A DNA stretch of 63,853 nucleotides, filler included, from Reticulomyxa filosa (Eukaryota; Protista; Foraminifera), in NCBI GenBank assembly GCA_000512085.1. It is 13 parts of 13 records of this genome, joined end to end, with 100 filler letters (N's around TTAATTAATTAA, not from the genome) between each part and the next. Parts side by side here need not be neighbours in the genome. Positions count along the whole stretch, not along the records: positions 24,791 to 27,475 come from ASPP01021029.1; positions 27,576 to 33,694 come from ASPP01012332.1; positions 33,795 to 41,127 come from ASPP01001471.1; 10 more parts are not named here. One strand, 5' to 3'. The notes under the pieces were generated by a model. It made no database searches and was not told the DNA's origin. It saw only the letters and a list, made by a program, of their open reading frames with translations. Both the position numbers and the translations under genes were made by a program. Within the stretch, counting starts at the first letter, position 1, and every line of letters begins with the position of its first letter. This document shows positions 25,682 to 38,940 of the stretch, in pieces.

Positions 25682-26738
25682 TGCTGCTGCTTCTGCTTCT
25701 GCTTCGTCGGTGTCGTCTTCTCTCCTTGCTGGCAATGACGCACACACGCTCAGTCACAAACCCAACAAAAAAGCCAAGACTCGCTCCGCTGGTGATCACA
25801 ACCCTCTCCTCGCCAATCAAAACCCTTTTGCAGATGTCAACGCCGAACGGACTGCACCTTGGACACTCTTCGTAAGTGACACACCCAATTCCGTATTGGA
25901 AACGTCGGCAAAGGGGGTCGTGAACCCTTTCACCAATACCAATAACAATGTCAATACCAGTATTAATGCCAATGTCAATGCCAATACTAATACTAATACC
26001 AATACCAATACCAATACCAATATCAATGCCAATATTCATTCCAATATTAATGCCAATATCAACACCAATGCCAATGTCAATGGCAACGGCAACATGAATT
26101 TCAACTCCAATCCAAATATACCTATCAGTGACATGATTTTGAATGGACACATGTATGGCACCAACATTTTAACCAATCCTTATACCAATTGCAATCCCAA
26201 CACCAACATGAATGTGAAATTCCCGCCTTATTTTGAGTTTGTGTGCAGCACTTATTTTCTGAGAAAGGAAAAAAAGGGGGGGGGGGGGGGAGGGGAAGGA
26301 GGAGGGAAAAAAAAACAAAAAAAACAAAAATATGCACTTGGGGCAACGCGGCTTCTTGCACAATTTTTGTTTAGTGTTACACAAAAATTGTACATCCGTC
26401 AAAATCAAAAAAAATAAAAAAATAAACAAAACGTACAATACTAACGGACAAAAGTGATCAAAACAAAATAATTTCAGAATTTGTGGAAACTCGGCTGCAC
26501 AAAAACCAGACGTAACCGAAGTTGGATTGCCAGGGCAAATATTAATTAATGGAGATCAGGTATTGCATCAACTGCAAGACATCCCACCAAGTCCCTCCTC
26601 CTTTTTCCTTTTTACTTGGCTATTGTCTTTTTTTTTTTTTTTTCTCTCCTGGTCAATGATGATAATGACCAAAAAAAAAAAAAAGAAAGGTTTGTTGATA
26701 AAATACAATTAAATAATAATAATAATTAATATTTAATA

Positions 26739-26772
<34 letters not shown>

Positions 26773-27300
26773 GCAGCTGGGATTTGTACAATTTCCAAAC
26801 AGTGGTATCAATCTTCCATTTTATTCGACGTTTGTTGAAATACCAAACAACTTGAATCCACCACCGATGCCTCCATATCATTGCCCGCCCAATGGCGACT
26901 GCCCTGTTCCTCATCGAATAGCCAATAATTTGTCCACACAAGTGTCCCCACTCCCTCCAGGATATATATCATCTTTTGGCAAAGCATTCGCCCAATTTCC
27001 CCTTCCGCACAATGATGGGAACAGCCATCACAGCAGTGTATTGCAAACGTTCGGCTTGGGGAACTTGGGCGTTTCACCGATTCAACCGCCTCTCGCTTCG
27101 ACGCATCCACAATCTCCATTCGCTCAAAGGTTTGGTGGCGTCACGCCCTCGCTTGGAAGGTCCAATATGCACTTTCCTATGCCCTTGCCTCCCGAGCTTA
27201 CCAATCTCAATGTCGCCGCGCCTAATGGACAGTCGGCTAAATTTTATTTGGTCGGCACGGGAAACGCGCTTGTTTCACCGGATGGACTGTATGTGAATTA
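24827..27300 (+). CDS. C2H2 zinc-finger transcription factor (3 fingers) with Ser/Asn/Pro-rich low-complexity tail; multi-exon
   Basis: CHLC..YTNHLKGIH, CPSNDC..FVAHLIMH, KRPYACKVKGC..MKLHLRKSH; NLS-like PKKRK; further exons at 26480-26590 and 26720-27290. Confidence 0.82.
25255..25710. repeat. Coding trinucleotide tracts (poly-Asn, poly-Ser/Ala)
   Basis: (AAT/AAC/AGC)n and (TCT/TCC/GCT)n runs. Confidence 0.85.
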
Positions 27301-27475
27301 CAATCTCTTTTCTTATTGTCGTTGCTGTATTATATATCTGCCATCTTTTTTTTTTTTTTGAAAAAAAAATTTAGAAGTGCGTCACGCCACCAAGAACCGT
27401 TTGGAAGTGAAGTTCGTGAGAAGTCTGAGTCTCCAAGGCAAAAAAAAAAGTTGAATCTGGGTCGTCTTTTTGTAA

Positions 27476-27575
27476 NNNNNNNNNNNNNNNNNNNNNNNNN
27501 NNNNNNNNNNNNNNNNNNNTTAATTAATTAANNNNNNNNNNNNNNNNNNNNNNNNNNNNNNNNNNNNNNNNNNNN
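27476..27575. other. Artificial contig spacer
   Basis: N44-TTAATTAATTAA-N44. Confidence 0.98.
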
Positions 27576-28069
27576 AAGCACTCTTGGCCAATCACAAATG
27601 CTTTGGCTTGTCCAAAACACACATGACAGAATATTTGAGAATCATTCAACAAGGTCATTTGACTTCGATGTATCCCTGGCAATTTCAAAATGGCAATGCT
27701 GTCAATGATGGTGCATTCATTCGGTTTGACTCGACGTCCAATTGTTTCATGTCATTACATAAATATTCATTGAAACAACAGCGACAAATGTTCTTGGATC
27801 ACGTGCGTGCACAGCTGCATGTACATTGTGTCGATAAAGCACACAAAGCATTGGAGGCATTGTGGCTGTCGTGTTTGCCAGGACAAGCAGGAGTCTTTTT
27901 CAATTTTGATTGTATTCAAACATTTTTGTGGAAATGGATGCGATGTGATCCCCACTTTTGTCTGCATTTGCATGTGCTCCAAGCAGCATCTTCACTATAT
28001 GCCACCTTTATCCATCTCTACATCAAAGATGTGCAGACAGTGAACTATCTTGATAAGACTTTTCTTTAG
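27576..28069 (+). CDS. 3' end of a hypothetical protein
   Basis: Open frame of about 160 codons from the contig start to TAG, GC-richer than the flank; no motif recognised. Confidence 0.55.
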
Positions 28070-29197
28070 TAAAACGATTCAACAAAGGAACATAAGAACA
28101 TGAATATTTGTTCCATTTTTCATTAATTTCCAATTAAAAACACAATGGTATTGAAGTAATATCTCTGTTCAATGTTTGTAAAAGTAATTGAGTAAATTGA
28201 ACTCTTGCCCAATCAAATGTATATATAGCCAAATTGTCAGATTTATCTGAAAGGAGAAATTTAGCGAAAAAAACAAACGTGTTTCTTTGTTTAGCTTTTT
28301 TTCAGTTTAAGAATTGTTTAAAAGTGTAAATGGTAAGATCACAAAAACTTAATGCTAACACTTTTATTTGAATTTTTTTTGTCAAATGAGACTGTTCAAT
28401 AAATATTTAATGGCATTGATACGAAAGCAGTGCAAGTTCGAATACATCTTTGTTTATATCATGTGAGAGTAAAGTTTTTAATAAGTTTTTGTACTAAGAC
28501 AACGAGCTATTTTTCCATGAAACAAGTAAGATAGCAATCAACAAAATAAAGCAACACAGAAACACACAAAACCGATTTATTTTTATTTTTATGTATTTAT
28601 TGTTATATCCACTATTGTTTTTAATAAAAATTGTTTTCATAACTATTAAACACGTTACTGTATCGAAAGCTTATTATATCTTCTGATTGTACAAAAAATA
28701 TTAACGTGCCTATAAAGTCTTTGTTACTTGCCACATAGAATTGGATTATTAAATAAAAGAATTGGAAATGTTTACTAATGAAAGAAAAAGTTATAATGTA
28801 CGACATCTTTTTTGAATATTTAATTAGATATCCTTTTTATTGGAGTTTTTTTCACTCCAATTTGATGAAGTTTTAAGAGATACTCTAATTTTTTGGAGAA
28901 AGGATAAACTGACCCATTTTCTGTAATCAACAGCCCTTTGATATATATTAAAACCTTGAAGAAGGCAATGCTTTTGTATTTCCTCACGTTTGATTATGTT
29001 CCAATTTCTTCAAAGTAATATTTTTTTTGAACCTTTCTTCAAAGGAGATGATATAATTTATAATCTTTTCTTTTCACATTGTCAAAAATAAAAAATTTTC
29101 TTTTTTTTTGTTTTTACACAAGGGTCACGACACTTTTTTTTAAGCAAAAAAAAGTTTAAAACTACTTGAAAAAAATTTAGCAAGTATTATTAACAAT

Positions 29198-31414
29198 ATG
29201 GCCAATCGAACTACAACACAAAAACTTCCTGAAAGACAAACTGAACAAAGTAAACATATTATTGCTTCGACTCTCTTTCAAAGTTTGAAGGAGTTACCCG
29301 CTCCACTTTCTCACTCTCAATGTGTGTTACACAAGCACGAAATCCTCATTTGTGGTGGTAGTTGGAACAAAAATTGTTATTCTTATCACACACTCAAAAA
29401 CGAATACAAGTTTATCTGTGAGTATCCAAGTAATGTTAGCTTAGTTGGACACTGCATAGTGAAGCTTTTAGATAACAACAAAGACAGTGATGAAATCACT
29501 TTATTGTCTTTTGGTGGAAAATATAAGCATACATTAACGATGAAATATGTTAGTGTTTGGGATAATAATGATAGTGATGACAATGAAGTGAGTAAATTAA
29601 AGAAATTAAATAAATACAATAAATGGGTACCTTTCTTAGACAATAAGAATTGCCCAATTTACATTGGAAGAGATAAAGATGATTATGAGGGAGTGCGTGC
29701 AGTGATTGGTGGAAACAATAATAATTTATTATTTATTACTTATCAACGGAAAAATATTAGCGTATTTAATTTAAATATATTCAAATTTATTAAACATAAT
29801 ACTTTACCAACTGATGATTTGATATGCTATCATTGCTTTATAGCAAAGCCAGAAATGATGAAAATAAATAAAAAGAATTTTGAAATGATATTGTTCTGCA
29901 GATCTACAGGATTATCAATTGTATATGACGAAGAGACGAACACTTTTCAATTTCATCAATTATCCGTCTGCACTGATATTGCAAGATTTAACAGATACGC
30001 ATACGTGTATACCAATAATTTTATATTGTTCTTTGGTGGATGTAATGATAGTCTTTTTAATCATGTTATCTCAAAATCAGTGCACAAATATTCAATACGA
30101 GATAACAAATGGATTCCATTTAAACATACTTTACCAATTCCATTAAGTAATTGCATTGGGATATTGAATGATTATAACACAGACATACATATCATTGGAG
30201 GAAATAATGAAAATATTTTAGTGTCAACACACATGAAAACAATTGTAAATTCATTGATGAATAAATCACAGCCGGTAATATCCTTTTTATTAATCTTTTA
30301 GAACTATATTATTTCCTTAAATTACAACTAAATTTTGTTATGTGAACAATTGATAGGCAAAAGATAAAATTAATTTTGTTATTCAACATTGGATTCGAAT
30401 AGAAAAGATAAAATTAGGATGGATTAATGATTTTGAGGAAATTATTATCAAATATGTTAATTAATGTTTATATATTAATATATACACATAAACAACTTAT
30501 TATTGTACATAATTTGTATTTTTTCAATAGGTAAAAAATTTTAAATTATCAACGGTTTTTCAAGCGCATGATAGTAAAGTGAACAGTGTGACATTTTCAG
30601 CGGATGGTCGCAAGATTGTTTCAGCATCAGATGACCATAGTGTTAGAGTATGGGATGCGGAATCAGGAAAACAGCTTAAAAATTTTAGAGGACATACTAA
30701 TAAAGTTTTTGCTGCAAGATTTTCACCAGATGGAAATACTGTTGTTTCATGCTCAGAAAATGGAACAATTCGATTATGGGATGTTGATAAAGGGACTGAA
30801 ATAATGAAATTTAAAAGAGACTTGGATAAAATATATGATGTAAACTTTTCTCCAGATGGAAAATATATTGTATCGGGTTTACAAGATAGTACAGTACGAT
30901 TATGGAATTTACACTCGGGAATGGAAATGCTACTGATTGGACATTCAGAAGATGTGTTAAGTACACAATTTTCACCAGATGGTAAAATGATTGCATCATC
31001 ATCAAATGACAAAATAATTAATTTATGGAATGTAGAATCTGGTGAAATATCAAAACAACTGAGGGGACATTCCGATCGCGTAACAAGAGCAACATTCTCT
31101 CCAGATGGATTATTCATTGCATCATGTTCATTGGATAATATAGCCCGGATATGGGATATTAAAACAGGAAAATCTAAAATGTTGAAAGGGTATTTAAGCA
31201 AAATAAATGATTTAAAATATTTTCCAGATGGTCAAAAAATTGTATCATGTTCAAACGGTAAAAAAATTGGATTATGGAACGCAAAATCAGGAAAAAAAAT
31301 GCAAGGTTAGAAGGACAATCAGATTTTGTGCAATGCATAGATGTTTGCCAAAGCGGTACTACAATTGTATCAGGTTCTAAAGATGGTAAAATTCAAATTT
31401 GGAAATACAAATAA
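29198..31414 (+). CDS. Kelch-like propeller plus WD40-repeat protein (lineage-expanded family); single frameshift near 31304
   Basis: Exon 1 Kelch-like GG motifs (ILICGG, LLSFGG, LFFGG, IHIIGG); short linker exon (IQHWIR..LGWINDF); about 7 GH..WD repeats from 30540; last repeat completed in a shifted frame ending TAA 31412-31414. Confidence 0.88.
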
Positions 31415-31764
31415 ATAAAAAATTTTTAAGAGATAAAAAATGAATTGGAACTTTTTGTGTGTGTTCTTTTTTGAATAATTTTTTCTGAAGTGAAAATAGA
31501 AAAAATAAATTTTAAAAAATTTCCTAATATCCTTTCAGTAATTCAACAAAAATATATTTTGTTAATAAAAAAGACTCATTAAAAACTTAAAATAAAAACA
31601 TTAAAGTCCATACTTATTCTACATGCTACTGCACGGCAGTGACATTTTCCCTTCAAATGCACAAATAGATGAAAGATAGGAGACTCAGATATAAGAGTCA
31701 AGTCGTGTAAGAGCTTTGAAATTAGTAGAAACAAAAAGAAATTTAAATATTGGAACAAAATAGA

Positions 31765-33203
31765 TCAAAAACAAAGTACAATCTTCCCTTCAAATGGTTT
31801 GAAATACTGTGAGTTTGTTCCTTTAAGTGCTATATCCTTCTCTAGGTTGGATATTTTAACGTGCTATTTAAGTAAAAGCACAGATTTAGTTAAAGTGTTA
31901 GGACAAGTTTGGTTAAGACATAATATTCCGTTGTCTTTTTCATTACATCCTTTGATCATATACAATTCATTCTTATTTGATCGAATATCCCAAAATCGAA
32001 TTGTATTATTACTTGATCCTGAATATATCACATTTGAACAACAACTGACTTCAATATTATTTGCTATAAATGGTGAATATTCAACAGATTACATAGTATT
32101 TGTATGTCCATTGAACACTTGAATTTGTTCGCCAGATCGAATATTCCATAAACGAACACTTTTATCATCTGATCCAGATAACACTGTATTTGCATCCCCA
32201 TTAATTCCTAATTCATTTGATCCATATTTTACATTAGTCACTGTATATTCATGTCCTTTGAACATAATTAATTGTTTTGTTGTCTCAATATCCCATATAC
32301 GAATGGTTCTATCATATGACCCAGAGCAAATTATATATCCATTTCCACCAATCACATCAATGCTATTACTTTCATCGTTACCATCCTTGTTATTATTATT
32401 GTTCTGTAATGGTGAAAAATTCACACATTTGATAGAATCTGTGTGTTCATTGAAAATATGTAATGACTTTAATGTTTCGACATCCCACAAACGAATAGTA
32501 TTGTCACATCCCAGAGCACAAATACCTACCACCATTAAATGGTGAAAATTCAATGCCATGGACACCATATTGGTGTCCATTGAATGCTTGTAATTGTCGA
32601 TTATGTTTAATATCTCCAAAACGAATTGTTTTATCATATAATAAAAAACAAATAACACTACGACGATAACAATGATAAGAATATGGTGAAAATCTCACAC
32701 AATATACAGTTTCTAAATGTTTAAATGATTTGATTTGTTTGTTGCTGTCAACATCCCATACACAGGCTGTTTTATCAGATGATCCAGAACACATGAGCTG
32801 ACGACAATCAAATGTCGAATAGTCAATACTACAAATCCAATCAGTATGCCCAGTGAATGTATTGATTAATTTGGATGATGAACGAAATGTTTGAAGCATT
32901 ATGAAGGAGTGGCTATGTTAAAGTTAATAATCATTATTTAAAACTTTGATAGAAGACAAAAACAAAAGCAAAGCATAACACAGTTAGAAACGAGTTTATT
33001 AAAATCTTTAATCCATACAAATTGAATGTTTAATACTCGAATCCATTATTGAATAATTAATTCAATTTTTTCTTCTTCAGACTAGTTCAAGCACATATAA
33101 CAACAGCAAGAAACATAGACAAACAGCGTTTTGAAAGTTGAAAATGGAAGCTTACCAAGAACTGTTGTGTTGAAATTTGTTTTTCATTTGTAGCAGTAGT
33201 CAT
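31765..33203 (-). pseudogene. WD40-repeat pseudogene (same family as 44117-45453)
   Basis: FTGHTDWICSIDYS, GGNGYIICSGSYDRTIRIWD, SGSDDKSVRLW; frameshifts near 32640 and 32510 and an in-frame TAA at 32089. Confidence 0.85.
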
Positions 33204-33694
33204 ATTTTTTAAGATTATCTTGACGACAAAAAGAAAATTTAAACTTTTTTGGGTGTTGGCTAAAAGGTTGTCAAAAAATTGAAACGTTGTACTTTTCAAT
33301 GAAAAAATAAGAAATTTTAGTTATGTTATTATTTAATTGTTAATATTTACAGAATTGAATACAATGTACAGCTTCTCTCAGAATAAGATATAGAGGCAAG
33401 AAATACAAATAGAAGTTTAATGATAGATAACTATTTATTGATACTGACAAAACACAAAATTTTAAAAATTCATTTAATTTTATAATGATTAGCTCCTTCA
33501 GACTGTGGAAGAAGAAAGCATTGGAAATCCCTCTTTTGCTAAAAAAGTAAAATACAAGTACTTTATTTTTTTAACTAATCGGGGTCCCTTGCGCGATCAT
33601 CGAGAAGTCCATTGTTTATCATTTTAAAAAAAAACAAACAACAAACATCCAAAAAGCGGTGATATTGAATGACAAGATTGTTGTCACCCAAATG

Positions 33695-33794
33695 NNNNNN
33701 NNNNNNNNNNNNNNNNNNNNNNNNNNNNNNNNNNNNNNTTAATTAATTAANNNNNNNNNNNNNNNNNNNNNNNNNNNNNNNNNNNNNNNNNNNN
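33695..33794. other. Artificial contig spacer
   Basis: N44-TTAATTAATTAA-N44. Confidence 0.98.
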
Positions 33795-34141
33795 AGTCAA
33801 AGGTTGTTGAATATTTTGGTCGCCGCTTGGCATCAAGCAGGCGATGGCATTTAGTTATAAACAAATTGTCTTTTTTACGTCACTTATCCAGTTTTTCACA
33901 AAAAAATCTTGTTAAAACGTTGTGGAAATAAGACAATATTTTCATTATCTCATTTGGTTCAAATGATGCTAAGAGTAAGAGACGATACCATTGCCAAAAA
34001 AAAAACTAATTCAAAAAATTTTTAATTTCCCCGAACTTTTAAGTAAAAAGAAAGATACAGTATCCAATTGTTGAGTGTTAGAATTGGGTAACAGTACACA
34101 AACTTCTTTTTAACATAAACATCAATCGTCTAACTTCATAC

Positions 34142-36055
34142 ATGGCCTTGCGCTATCGTTATCAACAATCACAGCTTTCTGAGCCCGATACACAAGTGGA
34201 ATTAGCACTAATATCGTCTACCACTCAACATGACTCAGCTGATACGAAGTCACCATCAGGACAAAGTGTGAAGCCTCAAATGACAAAAGTGGGGGCGTTT
34301 TCAAATGGGAGTTCTGGATTTTCAACGTATGTCCGCCAAAAACCGATTAGCAATAGAATACGACCGTTGTTCCGTTGCATATGTATGGGAGTAATTGTGG
34401 TAATAAGTGTAATGTTCACCCTCCATGCTTTGGCGGTCGTGTTTCTTCCGTCGTACGTGATGTCGATAACACGTGCGCGGCTGCAAAGAGAGTTGAAAAA
34501 CGACGAAAATCGAAAGCAATACTACCTGGCATTGAGCGAGCAGTTCGACAAGCAAAACATGCCAGTGCTGATAGCAGGGGCAGGCTCGATGAAGTCGGGC
34601 ACTACTTTTTTCCATAAAATGCTATTGCATGCCAACACATCGCAGTTTAATTGAGTTCCCAACACAAACGGGATCACATTATTTCATCTGTTCGAATATT
34701 CATATATGTATATATGTGTATGTATGGACATTTATGTAACTTATTGTCAAAAAAAAAAAAAAAAAATGGAGGAAAGCGAAAAAATTCTACACGTAACGGG
34801 TCCATTAACCGAGCCGAAATGGTGGAGTGAATGCATTTTACGGGAGTCGAGCATAACGGCGATGATGCTACGGACGTTACGAATCGATCTGAAATTTGTG
34901 AGTGAAAACTCGGTTTGTCGATTCGACGATTATGTGCGCGACGTATTCTCGCCGTATTTGCAAACGGCACGCAACTCGAGTAGGAAAATAAAGACATTTT
35001 TGGTGTCCAAGTCACCAAACACATTTGTGCAGCCCCACGCGTCGCTGTTCACGGCTACGTATCTGCAGTATCTGCCGAATCATTACAAGATCTACGTGAT
35101 CTTGAGGAACCCTGTCGACCGCCTGTATTCGCACTATTGGTTCACGTGTAAGCGCATTAACTACAGACACAAACACCAATCGCATGCAAAGTAATGTGTA
35201 TGTGTTATATCTAAATGTTTGTATACATATATATGTGTATGTTTTCATGAATGCCTTGCTTATGCTTATCGTGTGTCACTATGTTTTATTGTATACGTGC
35301 ATTATCACATGTCCATATCCTCGTCTATTCGAAACGACAGAGACAAAATGTGCAAGTCCGCGGAGGCGATGCACAGTGCAATCGATACCAATATGAAAGA
35401 CTATCTGTACAACCAAAATGGATACTGGTTTACCATAATGTCCTTGCTCAATGACCCCGCTTTATCCAACGAACAAATCGATCATTCCATTATTCGATCG
35501 TATGTTCGTGCGTTTTATCAGAGCGAATTCAACGTTTGGAATATGGTGAACTTGGACGGAGTCAATTCGCACAATCTTATGTTCCAGTCTTGCTATTATC
35601 CTCAAATACGCTTGTTGTACGAGTACTTGCATCGCAACAAGTATTTTCAGCCCTTTGCCAATGATGACACTCATCTTATTAATGACTATATCGGACGTCA
35701 GTTCAAAGTCATTCAGTACGAGCAATTGGTCGTCAACGTCAGCGATAGCATCATGCAATTCAAATGCTGGGCTTATTACGGCGATGATCACTACGTTCAC
35801 AACCAACAGGATTGTCGCGTCTTTTACACTGATCTCACTTCCATCGCTTCCAAAATCGACTGCTGCTCTTCCAAACACGCTCCAATCCCTCCCGAGTGGA
35901 GGGCCAAATTACAACGTGTCTTCACCATGTGCAATGAAAGACTATACACTTTTCTCAGCGATAAACAGCAGCTCATTCTTCACATTCCTGGTCATAATGG
36001 CCAACCCAATGACAAAGGCGCACAACCTTTCTCCGCTTTTTCGAGATGGTATTGA
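34142..36055 (+). CDS. Golgi-type (type II membrane) sulfotransferase, HS3ST/CHST15-like; multi-exon
   Basis: TM segment; 5'-PSB AGAGSMKSGTT; TEPKWW (KEPHWW-like); SKSP; 3'-PB KIYVILRNPVDRLYSHY; QFKVIQYEQL; FTMCNERLY. Confidence 0.88.
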
Positions 36056-36534
36056 ACTGAACTCTGTCTTTGTTTTCTCCTCTATTCCTTGTCGCTCGCT
36101 CTACTTTAAATAATGATCCTCTTTCTTAGCTCTCTCTCTTCAGCATAAAAGTGCGGCCAGTAATTTGCTTATTCAGTGTTGTATTTTTTTTCATTGTTCT
36201 TGTTGACGCTCGTTATCAGCAAATGTTTTACTGCCTACAAATAACAATTAATAAATCAATATGCACACTTGTTTTTTTTTATTTTTTATATCGGTTGTAA
36301 TCTGAACTAGTTACAGTGATATGAATATTATTCTGGATTTTTCTTTTTTGTTTGTTCATTTTTCTTATAGATTTAGCTAAATCTGAAATATATATGCGAC
36401 TTTGCTTATTTCAGAATATAGGAAGGTCTAATTGAAAAGAAAATTACAAAAAGACTTGTTTTCACAACTAGTGCAAAGACCGGTTAAAACTGGTGTTCAA
36501 ATTTTTTTCCAACTGCCGTACAAAAAAAAAAGCA

Positions 36535-38940
36535 AATGCAAAGCCTGTTTAGTGGTGAGGGCACAATTTACATATTCGAGACAAAGGAGTGGGAAGAATT
36601 TGGTGAAGGAGGTAACATTGGGCTTTACCGCAGTAGTCACAGTCAGTTTGACTTAGAACTGCACTACAAGTCAACAGACGGAAAGACTTTACAAATCAAA
36701 TTAAAACCTCATCAACTGGAACCAAAGGACCCGTCTTCGTGGATATTTCGTTATAAAGTATGCGCAAGAGCGATATTGGAGGGGAGTGAGGGAGGAAAAA
36801 AGATGGGAAAAAAACACAGCCCCATGTCACAATAAAATAATTGAAAAAAATAAACAGCTTAAAACAGACCGTGATGTGATTGAAACATACTTTGCATTGC
36901 GAATATTCGATAGATTAGAAAAAAACAAATTTGAACAAATCTTTGAGCAGTTTAGTTTCGAGCATTTTTAATGTTGTCAAATAAATAATGTGAGATAATT
37001 GCGTATAATTAAGAGTTTTTTTTTTGTGTAACAAATTGACACGGCATTTAGGCAACGTGAATTTGTGATCCAAAGTGAACGCGAAGTTGTTGTAACAAGA
37101 AAGCGAAATTTGTGGTCGGAAGAAATCGGAGTGTTGGCTCCGCACACTGTTGTGAAGCTTAGCGTTTTTCAAGAAAAAAGGTCCAAAATTTCATTTCCAA
37201 TCAAAGGATGGATACACACTGAAGCCTTAGCAAAGGCTTGTTCCGTAGTTTTGTAATCCCTTGTTATTTGTTTTGTCGCAACAACGGCAACAACTTCTTT
37301 ATTTTTGTTTTTTTTTTTTACCTTCTTTTTGATGCGTGGACAAAAAAAAAGTACTTAATGTATGTATATTTTGTAATACAAAAAAAAAAAAAAAGAAATC
37401 GAATGACAAAACTGATTTGACTCAGAACCAGCGTGTTCACCGACCAAGCGAAGTGAATGTACAAAATGATGGTGAAGATGAAGAGGACGGATTGGTAATG
37501 TTGAACGAATACAGTAACACAATAACGTCACAGTCAAAATCCATATCACAATCGCAGTCAAAGTCCACCTCATTACTATTTAGTGCAAGGCAAGAAGTAA
37601 CACCAAGGAGATCAGGACTGTCTATAAGAATATACGACAATGATGGGAAGAAGCGATATGGAAGTGGGAGATATCAAAGGAATGACAAACTCGAAGATGA
37701 CAGCACGCGTGTGATTAAAAAAAAAGGCAGCGAATAATCAAAGAAGACGAAGAACATGATGCGACACCTTTCGAAAAAGAGCGGGATACCGTTGGGGATA
37801 CTAAAGTGGGCAACGAGAGTATCACTGAAACCGAAACCAATAAAATTCGATTGGACAATAACGGAAGTTTATCGTTTCCAACGATTCAACAAATTTCCTC
37901 GCAAAAACACACAAAGGTCTTTTTTTTTTATCTTTTTATTTTGTCATTGTTTCTTCAAATCCAACATATACATATGTATAAAAAGTGATTCGCACTTTTC
38001 GACACCAAGCCAGCACAGTCAATATTCGATGTTTTCGTCGACTCCTCAAGTCACTCCTTTTGTGAAGGCAGAGGCAGTGTGCAATCGCAGCACCGATACA
38101 AATAGTGTGACATTGACAGCGAATCCCAGTTGCTCGAAAGAAAACCCGTTTTTATTTGGCCACAAACTCAAAGTCGTGGCGCCCAAAGATGACGAGAAAG
38201 ATCCACACGAAGAACGCATGGTGCCTGGTCAAATTGAGGTGAGCACAATTTCAGCCTCCACATCAGCTCCGGAGTCTGGATGCAGATCTGCCTCGACATC
38301 AGCGTCGGCCACCAGCACTGTGTCTGCCTTTCCATTTGTTCCCGGTGTAGAGTTTCCTTCCGTCCCAGTGATGGACAAGGGCGATTCTGATCTTATTGCA
38401 TCCAACGGCGGTGGCGATACGTATGAAACTGATGAACTGTTGAATAATCGCGATCGCAACGACGGCCGCTCTAAATTCGCGCATTTGATTACCGCCGCGG
38501 ATAGCAGTCAATCCCAAAGTGAGAACCGTGCGATTATGAATGACGATGAATCATCCAGTGGCACTGCCGACTGTCTGCCAAGGGCGCTCAGTGGGGCCTC
38601 TTCCAGCAGCAACAGCACTGGCTCCAGCGAGGAAAGTAATCCCTCTCTGTCCTCCTCGTCCATTGTCCATAAAATGAAAACACGGGAACAAATCACAAGA
38701 CTTGGTGCGGCTTTCGCCGCACATCAATCCAAGTCCAACACGCCTGCTCTTCATGTCATTGACTCCACCAAAAATATCGACGATGCAAATAATCCACTGA
38801 TCAATCCTACTTTTGTCTCTTCGACCACGGAAGTCAGTGATAATACTCAAAGATATCCCAATGCGACATTGCATCGTGCGAATATTCCAACCACTATGTC
38901 CGGACAACTTACAAAAACGTTAACAAGAGCAAGCCAATAA
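36535..38940 (+). CDS. Hypothetical protein: N-terminal PH-like (RanBD/EVH1-type) domain, SH3-like module, long disordered tail; multi-exon
   Basis: LFSGEGTIYIFETKEWEEFGEGGNIGLY..SWIF..YFALRIF..FEQ (RanBD/EVH1 pattern); VVVTRKRNLWSEEIGVL..ISFPIKGWI (SH3b-like); GT-AG boundaries. Confidence 0.6.

Noticed and set aside
25223-26150. Several antisense and alternative-frame ORFs (poly-E, poly-L, poly-K, GI repeats)
   Set aside because: Arise from trinucleotide tracts of the real C2H2 gene
30560-31201. Long antisense ORF over the WD40 repeats (also 32258-32545 and 44631-44846)
   Set aside because: Typical shadow ORF opposite repetitive WD40 coding sequence
34640-34780. In-frame TGA after the sulfotransferase 5'-PSB (possible selenocysteine or alternative code)
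   Set aside because: An upstream phase-2 donor (CA|GTTT) places the TGA in an intron, and TGA serves as a normal stop in other genes here
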